From NCBI GenBank assembly GCA_965223845.1, contig CBDCXR010000004.1:2496001-2560000 (forward strand): a stretch of DNA of 64,000 nt, read 5' to 3'. Shown here piece after piece: positions 16,725 through 26,480 of this stretch. The notes below the pieces were generated by a model that saw only the letters and a program-made list of their open reading frames with translations, was not told where the DNA came from and did not search any database. A program made the translations under genes and the position numbers. This DNA is from Planctomycetota bacterium (GTDB taxonomy: Bacteria > Planctomycetota > UBA8108 > SXIK01). Every line of letters begins with the position of its first letter. Within the stretch, counting starts at the first letter, position 1.

Positions 16725-17621
16725 ATGCTCGGTTCAAAGAACGGCCGCCGACGATGTCTCCGTCTCGCGCTGGTCGCCGGGATCGGCGCGGTCAGCTCCG
16801 GGATCGTCATCGCATGGGTTCTCGGCGGTCACCTCGTCGCACCGCATCGTTCGACGGTGGGAGCTCCACCGGATGAGTTCCCGGCCGTCTCGGTGAGCAT
16901 TCCCCTCGATTCCGCAGCGCACGTCGCCGGCTGGCACATGCGGGCGGATCGGTCTCGCGGAGTCGTCGTGCTCCTCCACCCCCTTCGGGGAACGCGGCGA
17001 TCGATGCTCGGGCGGGCTAGATTCCTCTACGAGGCGGGCTATTCGATCGTCATGATCGATCTTCCCGCTCACGGAGAGAGCCCCGGAGAGAATATCACCT
17101 TCGGCCATCGTGAGCGGGACGGAGCGCGCGCGGCCGTAGAGTTCGCGAAGGCTCAGCATTCGGGCGAGCCTGTTGCCGTTCTCGGCGCGTCGCTCGGCGG
17201 CGCCTCTGCACTTCTCGCGTCCCCGCTCGGAGTCGATGCGTTGATCCTCGAGGCGGTCTATCCGCGAATCGAGTCGGCGGTCGAGAACCGGATCGCGATG
17301 CGGCTCGGCTCGTGGCCGGCGGCGGTCGCGGCGCCGCTCCTTCTCGTTCAGCTCGAGCCGCGACTAGGAATCTCGACGTCGGATCTGCGTCCGATCGACG
17401 CCATCTCGACCGTTGACTCTCCGGTACTTCTCATCGGCGGCGAGGCTGATCTCCGCACTCCGGTGTTCGAGACTCGAGAGCTCTTCGCCGCGGCTCGCGA
17501 ACCGAAGGAGCTCTGGCTCCTCGACGACGCGGCGCACGTCGATTTTCATCGAGCGGCCCCGGAGGAATACGAACGCCGCATTCTCGGCTTCCTCCAGTCG
17601 CACCTCATCGATGATGATTGA
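16725..17621 (+). CDS. Alpha/beta hydrolase, N-terminally anchored
   Basis: VVVLLHP, DLPAHGES, GASLGG nucleophile elbow, GEAD and AAHVDF catalytic Asp/His. Confidence 0.88.
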   Translation: MLGSKNGRRRCLRLALVAGIGAVSSGIVIAWVLGGHLVAPHRSTVGAPPDEFPAVSVSIPLDSAAHVAGWHMRADRSRGVVVLLHPLRGTRRSMLGRARFLYEAGYSIVMIDLPAHGESPGENITFGHRERDGARAAVEFAKAQHSGEPVAVLGASLGGASALLASPLGVDALILEAVYPRIESAVENRIAMRLGSWPAAVAAPLLLVQLEPRLGISTSDLRPIDAISTVDSPVLLIGGEADLRTPVFETRELFAAAREPKELWLLDDAAHVDFHRAAPEEYERRILGFLQSHLIDDD

Positions 17622-17720
17622 TACGGCCTGTGCGGCGATGCGCATTCTCCATCCGCACGTCGCCGTTCCGTCGACACTCTCAACCGCGGATGACACTAGT
17701 ATCCAACTCGGAGAACTCGC

Positions 17721-19211
17721 ATGCTGCGCCGACCGATCCTCGCTTCCTTCCCAGTCGGATTGATTCTCGTCGCGCTCGCCGGGTCATTCGCTTCCGCGAC
17801 CGCCCGCGACGCGATCGAGATTGCCGATCGCCGTCAGCTCTTCGTCGACGACCACGTCGTCGACCGACTCGACGGCGAAGTGCGCCTTGAGCTCCACCGA
17901 CCGCAGCCGAGGGAAATCGTTCTTCGTTTCGATCGACCGTGGGAGGGAATCTACAGCGGCTACGAGACAGTCCTCCGGGATCGGGGACGATTCCGTCTCT
18001 ACTACCGCGGAATGCCGGAAGCAAAGCACGATTTCGATACCGAAGTGACCTGCGTCGCCGAGAGCGACGACGGCGTTCACTGGACGCGGCCCGAGCTCGA
18101 GATCTACGAAGTCAAAGGAACGAAGAAGAACAACGTCGTCCTCGCACGGAACCGCGGTTGTCACAACTTCGCACCGTTCGTCGACGCGAATCCGAATACG
18201 CCGCAAGCGGAGCGGTACAAAGCGCTCGGTGGAACCGGGAAGCCGGGTCTCCTCGCGTTTGTGTCCGCGGACGGACTGAGGTGGCGCCAGATCCAGAAAG
18301 ACCCGGTCATCACGAAGGGCGCCTTTGACTCACAGAACAACGCGTTTTGGTCGGAGAGCGAGAAGAAATACGTCTGCTACTTCCGGGTGTTCCGCGAGGG
18401 CAAACGTTGGATCGCCGTGACGACGTCGGACGATTTCATCGCGTGGTCGGACCCGGTCGATCTCGAGCTCGACGGCAAAGAGCGCCAGCACCTCTACACG
18501 AACCAAATCGCACCGTATCCTCGCGCACCACAAATCTATCTCGGCATGCCGACCCGGTACTTCCCCGGGAGACGCGTCGTCACGAAAGCCGAGGCCGCAA
18601 GAATCGGCACGCCGAAAGAGTGGAACTACGTGAGTGACTGCACCGACATCGTCTTTACCGCTTCGCGAGGCGGCATCGATTTCAGTCGCAGTTTCATGGA
18701 AGCGTTCGTCCGCCCCGGGCTCGATCTCAAAAACTGGACGTCCCGCGCGAATTACGCGGTTCGAGGATTCGTTCAGACGAGCGACACGGAGATCTCCGTC
18801 TACGTCAAACACAACGCCGGTTACCCGACGATTCACATCCGGCGGTATTCGCTCCGCGCCGATGGATTCGTCTCCGTTCGCGGTTCGTTCAAAGGCGGGA
18901 CGCTCGTGACGAAGCCGCTCGTGTTCGCCGGCGATCGACTGAGTCTCAATTCGTCGACGTCGGCGGCCGGCGGGATTCGAATCGAACTCCGAGACGCGGA
19001 CGGAACTCCGATCGACGGATACTCGTTCGACGACACCAAGGAAGTCGTCGGAGATCGCATCGACCACTTTGTTGAATGGAAGAACGGACGCGACGTGAGT
19101 GCGCTCGCGGGACGGCCGATCCGGCTCGCGATCGAGCTCCGGGACGCGGATCTCTACTCATTTCGGTTCGAGCGGGTACCGAAGGCAGAGACGGCGGGCG
19201 GTGCTGATTGA
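17721..19211 (+). CDS. Secreted five-bladed-propeller glycoside-hydrolase-like protein
   Basis: Signal peptide. RQLFVDD, DRPWEG, ESDDGVHWTRP, SADGLRW, AFDSQN, LRADGFVS, LYSFRF. Substrate unknown. Confidence 0.65.
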   Translation: MLRRPILASFPVGLILVALAGSFASATARDAIEIADRRQLFVDDHVVDRLDGEVRLELHRPQPREIVLRFDRPWEGIYSGYETVLRDRGRFRLYYRGMPEAKHDFDTEVTCVAESDDGVHWTRPELEIYEVKGTKKNNVVLARNRGCHNFAPFVDANPNTPQAERYKALGGTGKPGLLAFVSADGLRWRQIQKDPVITKGAFDSQNNAFWSESEKKYVCYFRVFREGKRWIAVTTSDDFIAWSDPVDLELDGKERQHLYTNQIAPYPRAPQIYLGMPTRYFPGRRVVTKAEAARIGTPKEWNYVSDCTDIVFTASRGGIDFSRSFMEAFVRPGLDLKNWTSRANYAVRGFVQTSDTEISVYVKHNAGYPTIHIRRYSLRADGFVSVRGSFKGGTLVTKPLVFAGDRLSLNSSTSAAGGIRIELRDADGTPIDGYSFDDTKEVVGDRIDHFVEWKNGRDVSALAGRPIRLAIELRDADLYSFRFERVPKAETAGGAD

Positions 19212-19268
19212 CGCGGTGCGTCCGGCGAATCAAGAAGCTCAAGGCGCGAGCCGAATTCTCGAATGTCG

Positions 19269-19661
19269 CTACGCCCCCCGATCTTCAAACCTCGATTCTC
19301 GCTGCATCGTCAGCGAAGAGGTCGATGGGCGCGTTCGAAAGAATGCGATCCAGTGAAGCCCGGCCGTCCCCCAAATGAGGACTGCAATCCACCACTGGAC
19401 GGCCGCGTGCGTCCTCTGAGTTTCGAGCGCATCCGTCGCCTGATCGACGATCCGCTGGGCGTGGTCTTCGAGAACCGCGCGAAAACCCTCGTCGTCCGCC
19501 GAGCTCTTACGCAGCTCGGTGAGAGTCCCTGCGTACACACGGTGTGCTTTTTCACCCTCATCGAGTGTGCGTTCTGCCCGCGAGCAACTGTAGGTCGCAA
19601 GCAGAGCAACCCCAGTGATGATCGCCGGAACAACGAGAGTTCTTGGAGATTCCGTCTCCAT
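19269..19661 (-). CDS. Small hypothetical membrane protein (two hydrophobic segments)
   Basis: LVVPAIITGVALLATY and WWIAVLIWGTAGLHWIAFF. Follows the DUF1552 gene on the same strand. Confidence 0.5.
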   Translation of the reverse strand: METESPRTLVVPAIITGVALLATYSCSRAERTLDEGEKAHRVYAGTLTELRKSSADDEGFRAVLEDHAQRIVDQATDALETQRTHAAVQWWIAVLIWGTAGLHWIAFFRTRPSTSSLTMQRESRFEDRGA

Positions 19662-19694
19662 CCGTCGCGAGCATTCCCCGCGCTAGGCCTTCCC

Positions 19695-20999
19695 TCAAAC
19701 CTCCGCAAGCGGCGCCGTCGCGTCGCCGAAAGACTCGCGCGCGACACCCATGTGGCGCATCATGCTGAGATAGAGCCGACATATCTGGCGGTCCGGCTTC
19801 TCGCGGTAGTCGAGCACCTGCCCGCCGCGGATGCGTCCGCCCGCCGACCCGAGCAACACGACGGGAAGCTGCGTCGCGTCGTGGTGCCCCGTGAGCATGC
19901 TCGAGCAAAGCAGGACCATCGAATTATCGAGCGCGGTGCGCTCTCCCTCTTGGATGGAATCGAGTCGCTTCGCGATGTAGGCCATCTGCTCGAGGAAGAA
20001 CTGATTCACCTTCAACCAGTCGTCCGTATCGTTGTGCGAGAGGAGATGGTGGATCATGTAATCGACGCCGAGATGCGGAAAGCGCAGTGTCCCGTGGTCG
20101 TTGTTGAGCTTCAGTGTACACACCCGCGTCGTGTCGGTTTGAAACGCGAGGACGAGGATGTCTGACATGAGCCGCATGTGCTCGACGATGTCCTGCGGAT
20201 AGCCGTCCTTCGGCCGCGGCATGTTCGGTTCCTTGAGCGTCGGCCGCCAGCCCTGGAGCTCACCGCGCTTCCCCGCGCTCTCGACCCGCCGCTCGACCTC
20301 GCGGACGGAGTTCAGGTACTCGTCGAGCTTCCGCTGGTCGAGCCGACTCAGCTTGCGCCGCACGTCTTGCGCGTCGCCGAGAACGGCATCGAGCACGCTC
20401 CGGTCCCCCTGCTCGACGTTGTCCTTGAACAACCGATCGAACGCGAGCGCGGGATACACCTCGAGCGGCGTCGGAGTTGTCGGACTGCTCCACGAGATGT
20501 GGGAGCTGTAGAGCATCGAGTAATTCTTGTGCACGGAAGGATTCGACTTCTCGCAGCCGATCACGAGGCTCGGCAGCTTCGTCTGGTGTCCGATCGCTTG
20601 CGCGACGACCTGATCGACGCTCGTGCCGGACTGGATCCGCCCACCGGAAGCGAGTGGCGCGCCGGAAAGGAGGTTTCCGGTTTGCGAGCTATGGATGTTT
20701 CCCTTGAGCGCTTCGGCATTGTAGAGACCACGGACGAAGACCATGCGGTCCCGATAGTCCGCGAGCGGCTTCAACACCTTGCCGAGCTCGATCTCGGCGC
20801 CCTGCCCCTTCGCCCACCACTCGTGGCGATGGAATCCGCACCCGGCGAAGAGGATGGCCATGCGCGTGGGCGCTTCACTCGCCGGAGCGCTTCCCTTAGG
20901 GGTGTCGCCCCACACCCGCAAGGATTCCATCCACGGTAGGGCCATCGTCACGCCGAGTCCGCGCAGCATCGCCCGCCGCGAAAGTCGATGGGTCGTCAT
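19695..20999 (-). CDS. DUF1552-family protein (Tat signal)
   Basis: LSRRAMLRGLGVTMALPWMESL, SVDQVVA, YSSHISWSSPTTP, KLDEYLNSVREVE, LAFQTDTTRV, HHLLSH. Confidence 0.9.
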   Translation of the reverse strand: MTTHRLSRRAMLRGLGVTMALPWMESLRVWGDTPKGSAPASEAPTRMAILFAGCGFHRHEWWAKGQGAEIELGKVLKPLADYRDRMVFVRGLYNAEALKGNIHSSQTGNLLSGAPLASGGRIQSGTSVDQVVAQAIGHQTKLPSLVIGCEKSNPSVHKNYSMLYSSHISWSSPTTPTPLEVYPALAFDRLFKDNVEQGDRSVLDAVLGDAQDVRRKLSRLDQRKLDEYLNSVREVERRVESAGKRGELQGWRPTLKEPNMPRPKDGYPQDIVEHMRLMSDILVLAFQTDTTRVCTLKLNNDHGTLRFPHLGVDYMIHHLLSHNDTDDWLKVNQFFLEQMAYIAKRLDSIQEGERTALDNSMVLLCSSMLTGHHDATQLPVVLLGSAGGRIRGGQVLDYREKPDRQICRLYLSMMRHMGVARESFGDATAPLAEV

Positions 21000-21076
21000 C
21001 GTCGATCCTCTCGCTGGATACTCCGGTCCGCCGCCCCGAATCCTCTCACCAGTATCCGTCTCCCTGCCCCTTCGTT

Positions 21077-24000
21077 TCAATTCTCCTCCGTGATCGATCG
21101 TCCACGAATCTCGCGAAACTGTGGGCTCGTCACGATGGTTTCAATGGCGACGGAAACGCGATACGCGTTCGCCGCGAGACGTCGCTCGATCTCTTCGAGG
21201 AGGGGTTCATCGGAGAGCTGGACGGCGCGCCCGAGCGCGTAGCCGAGGAGCTTCCGGCAGAACTGGCGGAGGAAATCAGCTCGTCGCGCACCGAGAAGAT
21301 AGGTCCGCAGTCCCTCGAGTCCTTCGATCTCCACGCCGTCCACCAGCGTCGTCTTCGTGTCGACGCGTTCCGGGCGCTCACGGCCGATCGCGTCGAATTG
21401 CTCGAGGGCGAAGCCGTAAGGGTCGATGCGCGCGTGGCACTTCGCGCACTCGGGCACCGAGCTGTGCTTCTCGATGAGCTCGCGCGCCGTCCGTCCTTCC
21501 GGGACGGCATCGGGCAGCTGGGGCACGTTCGGCGGCGGCCGCGGCAGGCGCTCTCCGAGGAGTGTTTCCGAGACCCAATTTCCGCGGAGAATGGGGCTCG
21601 TACGCGAGGCTCCGGACTGGCTCGCGAGCACGGCGGCCATCGCGAGGATCCCGCCGCGATTCCGTTCGCGCATCCCGCTCACTCTTCGCCACTCGTCGCC
21701 GGTGACGCCATCGACCCCGTAGTGCTTCGCGAGGGTTTCGTTGAGGAACGCGTAGTCCGCTCCGATGAGATCGAGGACGGAACCGTCGTCCCGAAAGAAG
21801 TGTTCGAAGACCTGAATCGACTCTTCGTACATCGCGCCGCGGAGATCCGCGAACTGCGGATAGAGCGCTTCGTTCTTCTCGGCGTTCACGTCGAATCCGC
21901 GGATGTGGAGCCACTGGCACCCGAACTCGATCGCTAATCGTCGCGTGCGCGGATCGGCGAGCATTCTTCGAGTCTCGGCGAGTAGAGTTTCCTCGCTCAG
22001 CAATTCGCCACTCTCGGCGGCGCGGCGGAGAGAAGCGTCTGGCATCGACGCCCAGAGGAAATAGCTCAGCCGGTTTGCGAGCTCGTAGGTAGAGATCGGC
22101 GCTGCGCCGTCGTCCGATTCGGGCGCCTCCATCCGATAGAGGAACTGAGGGGACGTGAGCACTCGTGCGATGACGAGACGCACCGCGTCCTCGTGGAGGA
22201 TGTCGCGAGTGCGCAGATCACGGTAGAGTTCGAGCAAGCCCGCCGCCTCATCTCCCGTGAGCGGACGCCGCCAAGCACGGTCTGCGAACTCGAGAACCGC
22301 GCTCAGATGCTTCGGTTCCGAGCCGATCAATTCCCGGCGAAACCGCTCGGCTCGCGCACGGATTTTCACGCCGAGCGGCTTAAACGCGACGACGAGATCG
22401 GGGCGATCCTGCGTCGCGAATTCCGCGATCTGCTCGAAGGCAACGACGAGCCGGAGCGGTTCTCGATGAATGTAGCGGAGCTCATTCCAAAGCCGATCGA
22501 GCTCGGCTGCTTCCGCCTCGTCGAGCATCAGGCGCTTCAAGTGGTCGTCTTCGCGATGGAAGAGCGTGAGAGTGACGACCTCGTCGACGGGGACGATCCG
22601 CACGTAGCAGAGCGCGAGCGGAAAGAGCGCACGGAATTCGGCGAGCGCGGCATCGACGCGAAGACGGGCTTCGCCGCGGTCCGGCGCGAAAATGGGCGCG
22701 CTTGCGACGGGCTCGGGAGATTCCATCGGCTTCGTCGTCATGAAGAGCTGAGCACTCCCGGCGTTCTTCCGGCCTACGCTTCCCGTCACGACGAGCTCAC
22801 GACCCGCGGCCAGCTCGGCCGGGATCCGTATCGTCTGGACGTCCGGCACGCGCACGACTAAGTCGTTCGCCCTTACGTCGAGGCCGAGCGGGTGTTTGCC
22901 GAAGCGCGGGTCGCTTTCGAGTTCTTCGGCGAAGACGGAGAGATCGTTGGGTACCGCCAGCGATCGGAGCTGAGCGAAGAGAACACCGTCCGGAGAATCG
23001 CGATTCTCCGGAGGCGCGCCGAGCACGAGGAGTTCGACTCCCGCGGCGAGCTCGGTCTTCTTCGCCGGGTCCGCTTCCGCGAGCCAACGAGCGGCGAGAG
23101 ATCCCGCCGGAGGTCCACTCGTCTGCCGCGAGTCCTTCACGACGTCGGCCATCGGCTCCGAGTAGAAGTGCCAGGTGGTCGCGTTGCCATACCCATCCAC
23201 GTGGGGATTTCCGGCGAGCAGATCGCCGGAGACATCCTTTGCGAGATCCCAGACCCGCTCGTCGCCACCGACTTCGGAAATGACGAGCTCGACGGCGGTG
23301 AGATCGCACGCGTGATTTCCCGCTCTCGGACCGACGACCACCGAGACGAGCTGCTCCGGACGGACCGTGATCGTCGTCTCCTTCACCTCCGCCGAGCCGC
23401 GCGTGCCGAACTCCCCTTTCGCCAGGGCGCCGATCTCTCGCCCCGTGTGATGCTGCACGACCCACTCGACACCGTTCCCGCATTCGGGATGTGCGTCGGC
23501 GATGCGGGCACGAACGCGCACGGTTCCCTCGATCGGGCTGAGCCAACCGATCGACGCCGAGTGCGACGGCGACGGGTGCACGACGATCGAACGCGGTCGT
23601 GCGATTCCCGGGATCCGCACCTCCTGATCGGATGCGTTCGCGACGATGGACGGCGTCGCGCCGCTCCCCCATCCGTTGACGAAGTCGTACCCGCCACCGT
23701 TCCGGAGCGTCTCGGTGAAATGTCCGGAAACCCGTACGGGCGGGGCGTCCCCGAGGGCGAGAAAGTCGATCCAAAGACGAAGAAACTCGGCCTCCACCGA
23801 GTGACGGCGTGCAAGCTCGCCGATGTCGTTTCCCGCGCGGAACTTGGCGGCGACGCCGAGGCATTCCTCGGTCGATTCGAAGAACTCTCGCCGGCGGTGT
23901 TCGATTCGCCGATAGACGTCGTCGATCACGCGAATGGAGAGAGCGGGTTTCCCCCCACCTTCGAGCCGAGGGTTTCGCCAAACCACGACATCGGATTCGC

Positions 24001-25186
24001 TCGGCTCGCCGACGACGAGAGTAGAGAGATAGATCGTGGGATCAGTCGCATTGGGCTCTTCCGGGAGCGGAACCCGGAACTCGCGGCTCGACGCTACGGG
24101 ATCCACCGACTCGAGCCAGGCGTTAGACCCTCCCTCCCGTCCGACGTGCCCGACGGGGTTGAACTTCCACAGCGCGTTCTGCCACGCTTCGATCTCCGAT
24201 GCGAGCTTCGCGCCCTCGGCCTCAGCCGCTTCCCGCCAGCGCGCACGAATCCCATCGAGAAGGAACGACGGGGACTCGGATCGAAGCGAGTCCCAAAGAA
24301 TACGCAGATACTTCGCGCTGAGCTTTCGTTCGCGCGCGACTTCTTCGACGGAACGAGACCCGGCGTCGAGCGCATCGCGCTCAGCGAGCGTCGCGGTGAG
24401 ATATCGCCCGAGCGGCAGTCGTCCCCCACGATTGGTATCGAACTGAATTCCCTGGAGATTCACGGCCGACGCGCCGCCGGTGTGCGTAAATGGCGCGTAG
24501 AACTCGCGGATGCGACGAACCGCGGCATCCGTCCAGTCCCGCCGCGTCGCGTAGGGGGAGAACGAGATTCGATCGGGTAAGAGCACTGCGTGCCGCGCAA
24601 CCTCCTTTGCGGCATCCAAGTACTTCGTGACGAGAGACGGCGACATGACGAGGGCATCACCCGTATTGGTAAACCCCTCACCGGCGGCTCCGTCGATCGG
24701 AAATTCGCGGGCGGGATCGAGCGTATCGACGCCGGTCAGATCGCGAATCGTGTAGGTGTACTGTGCGTTGCTCAGCCGGCGCAGCACGACGCGCCCGGGA
24801 TCGCCTGCGTGCGCCTCCGCCTCCGATCGGAGAAGCTCCCGCACCCAGTTCCGGAGCCGCTCGCGCTCCTCGTCCGTGGGCTGCTTCGCCTTCTTCGGCG
24901 GCATCTGACGCGAGTCGAGCATGCGGTCGACCTTCTGCCATACGCGGACGCCCGTTCGCACTTCCGCCGCAGTCGGATACGCCGCAAGATCGATGTCCGC
25001 CTCGGTGCGTTCGGCGGAATGGCAACGAACGCAGTAGCGCTCGAGTAAAGGTCGGACGGCCGCCGCGTACTGCTCGTCGAGCTCGCTCGGCTCGGGAGCG
25101 ACGGGATTCGCCTGGCCGTACGAGACTCCGGCCGCGACGACGGTGATTCCGAAGGCGAGCGCGATCCGTGTCGACCAGCTCCTCAT
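21077..25186 (-). CDS. DUF1592/1588/1587/1595/1585 planctomycete cytochrome-c protein with large central insertion
   Basis: CVRCH, LRRLSNAQYTYTIRDL, ELANRLSYFLWASMPD, RTSPILRGNW, CAKCH..IDPYGFALE, KLLGYALGR. Start MRSWSTRIALAF at 25186. Confidence 0.9.
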   Translation of the reverse strand: MRSWSTRIALAFGITVVAAGVSYGQANPVAPEPSELDEQYAAAVRPLLERYCVRCHSAERTEADIDLAAYPTAAEVRTGVRVWQKVDRMLDSRQMPPKKAKQPTDEERERLRNWVRELLRSEAEAHAGDPGRVVLRRLSNAQYTYTIRDLTGVDTLDPAREFPIDGAAGEGFTNTGDALVMSPSLVTKYLDAAKEVARHAVLLPDRISFSPYATRRDWTDAAVRRIREFYAPFTHTGGASAVNLQGIQFDTNRGGRLPLGRYLTATLAERDALDAGSRSVEEVARERKLSAKYLRILWDSLRSESPSFLLDGIRARWREAAEAEGAKLASEIEAWQNALWKFNPVGHVGREGGSNAWLESVDPVASSREFRVPLPEEPNATDPTIYLSTLVVGEPSESDVVVWRNPRLEGGGKPALSIRVIDDVYRRIEHRRREFFESTEECLGVAAKFRAGNDIGELARRHSVEAEFLRLWIDFLALGDAPPVRVSGHFTETLRNGGGYDFVNGWGSGATPSIVANASDQEVRIPGIARPRSIVVHPSPSHSASIGWLSPIEGTVRVRARIADAHPECGNGVEWVVQHHTGREIGALAKGEFGTRGSAEVKETTITVRPEQLVSVVVGPRAGNHACDLTAVELVISEVGGDERVWDLAKDVSGDLLAGNPHVDGYGNATTWHFYSEPMADVVKDSRQTSGPPAGSLAARWLAEADPAKKTELAAGVELLVLGAPPENRDSPDGVLFAQLRSLAVPNDLSVFAEELESDPRFGKHPLGLDVRANDLVVRVPDVQTIRIPAELAAGRELVVTGSVGRKNAGSAQLFMTTKPMESPEPVASAPIFAPDRGEARLRVDAALAEFRALFPLALCYVRIVPVDEVVTLTLFHREDDHLKRLMLDEAEAAELDRLWNELRYIHREPLRLVVAFEQIAEFATQDRPDLVVAFKPLGVKIRARAERFRRELIGSEPKHLSAVLEFADRAWRRPLTGDEAAGLLELYRDLRTRDILHEDAVRLVIARVLTSPQFLYRMEAPESDDGAAPISTYELANRLSYFLWASMPDASLRRAAESGELLSEETLLAETRRMLADPRTRRLAIEFGCQWLHIRGFDVNAEKNEALYPQFADLRGAMYEESIQVFEHFFRDDGSVLDLIGADYAFLNETLAKHYGVDGVTGDEWRRVSGMRERNRGGILAMAAVLASQSGASRTSPILRGNWVSETLLGERLPRPPPNVPQLPDAVPEGRTARELIEKHSSVPECAKCHARIDPYGFALEQFDAIGRERPERVDTKTTLVDGVEIEGLEGLRTYLLGARRADFLRQFCRKLLGYALGRAVQLSDEPLLEEIERRLAANAYRVSVAIETIVTSPQFREIRGRSITEEN

Positions 25187-25662
25187 CGGCTCGCTCCTCG
25201 CGTTCGTGAACGCAGAACTCTCGTCGCTCAGATGGCACGGTGATTCGAGATCGTCGCCCGGTACGACTCGCCGCCCCATGCCGACAGCCACGTTATCCGA
25301 ATCTCGGATGGTCAACAACTGCGGCCGAGCGTGCACGCAAGATTGGAGAAGGCCTTTCGAGAACCATCTCGCTCTTCCAAACGCTCCGATGACTGCGCTC
25401 GAGCATCGGGCAAAGTTAGGGGGAATGCGTCTTCGAGCCCTCTGATTAAGAAGTAGGATCGCTCGTTCATCTCGAGTACGGTGGAATCGGTTTGGAGAAC
25501 GAACTCCACGGTAGGATCGGGTGGACGGAGGCAGTGCGAGGCGGTTTCGAGGCAGTCGACGTAGGCTTCGACGCGCGAGTTCGCACGTCACACACCAGAG
25601 GCACGCCGCTGCCGCGAACTGGTCGCTCCCGATCTCTAGGGAATCACCTTAGCGGAGGGACC

Positions 25663-26460
25663 ATGAACGACACGAGATACTCGCGTCGGCGCTTCATCTC
25701 GACGGCTGCATGCTCGGCGGGCGTGCTTGCGCCAGGCGTCGCTCGATTGGCGACGCTGAGTGCGAGCGTTTCGGACGCCGAGTTTCCGTCTCCATACGGC
25801 GACGTTGCGATCGCATATCAGCGCGATAGCGAATCCATCGCCACGCTCTTCGAAGCCCGCGCGGCGGTGGAGCCCGGTACCGAGGAAACCGCTCCCCTAC
25901 CGGAGCTTCCTCGATCGGCACGCCTCGTCGACGCACGCGGGATCGCGTCGGGTGATTCCGCGTTCGCCCATCGCGGTGCGCGCGTGACCATTCGAGGCAT
26001 CGCTCCCCGAGCGGGCACTGAGATTGCGCCCGTCGAGATGTTCGCGCACTCCCTCGAGTGGCCGGTACCCGTTCGCTTCTGGTCCGCAGATTCCGCCGCG
26101 ACACTCGCGGGAAGAAGCTCGGGGGCGATGACGATCCCCGTTTCACGGCGAGAGGGCTTCGCACTTTCCTTCGAAATCGGTGCCGAGAACCGGGAGAGCC
26201 AGAGTCTCGAGACGCTCAGCGATCAAAAAGCGCTGGGTCGCCAGGTATTCGCGCGGTTCGCGATCGACGGCGCACGCGGGACTCCGAAGCTGCGGCGCGG
26301 GATCTACGTAGTTCGGTGGAGTGACCGTCGCCTTTCGAAGGCGCGGTGTTGGGATCGATGCGTCCTGGATTTGGAGGAGCAACGGTTGATTCGTTCGAGT
26401 GGGCAGGGCTCGGAGCTGAAGGCTGCGTGCGCTCTCGTCAGTGTCGATTACGCCAGTTAG
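25663..26460 (+). CDS. Tat-signal hypothetical protein (265 aa)
   Basis: GGAGGGA SD then MNDTRYSRRRFISTAACSAGVLA (SRRxF Tat motif). Ends 20 nt before the next gene. Confidence 0.7.
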   Translation: MNDTRYSRRRFISTAACSAGVLAPGVARLATLSASVSDAEFPSPYGDVAIAYQRDSESIATLFEARAAVEPGTEETAPLPELPRSARLVDARGIASGDSAFAHRGARVTIRGIAPRAGTEIAPVEMFAHSLEWPVPVRFWSADSAATLAGRSSGAMTIPVSRREGFALSFEIGAENRESQSLETLSDQKALGRQVFARFAIDGARGTPKLRRGIYVVRWSDRRLSKARCWDRCVLDLEEQRLIRSSGQGSELKAACALVSVDYAS

Positions 26461-26480
26461 CGCGAGGGGGTTGAGTAGAG

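Noticed and set aside
25234-25250. Sigma54 promoter TGGCACG upstream of the Tat/collar operon
   Set aside because: The -12 position reads TTCG rather than TTGC, and it lies about 430 nt from the start.
25187-25591. 135-aa N-terminal extension of the DUF1592 ORF
   Set aside because: The signal peptide begins at Met 25186. The upstream stretch is a lower-GC divergent intergenic region.
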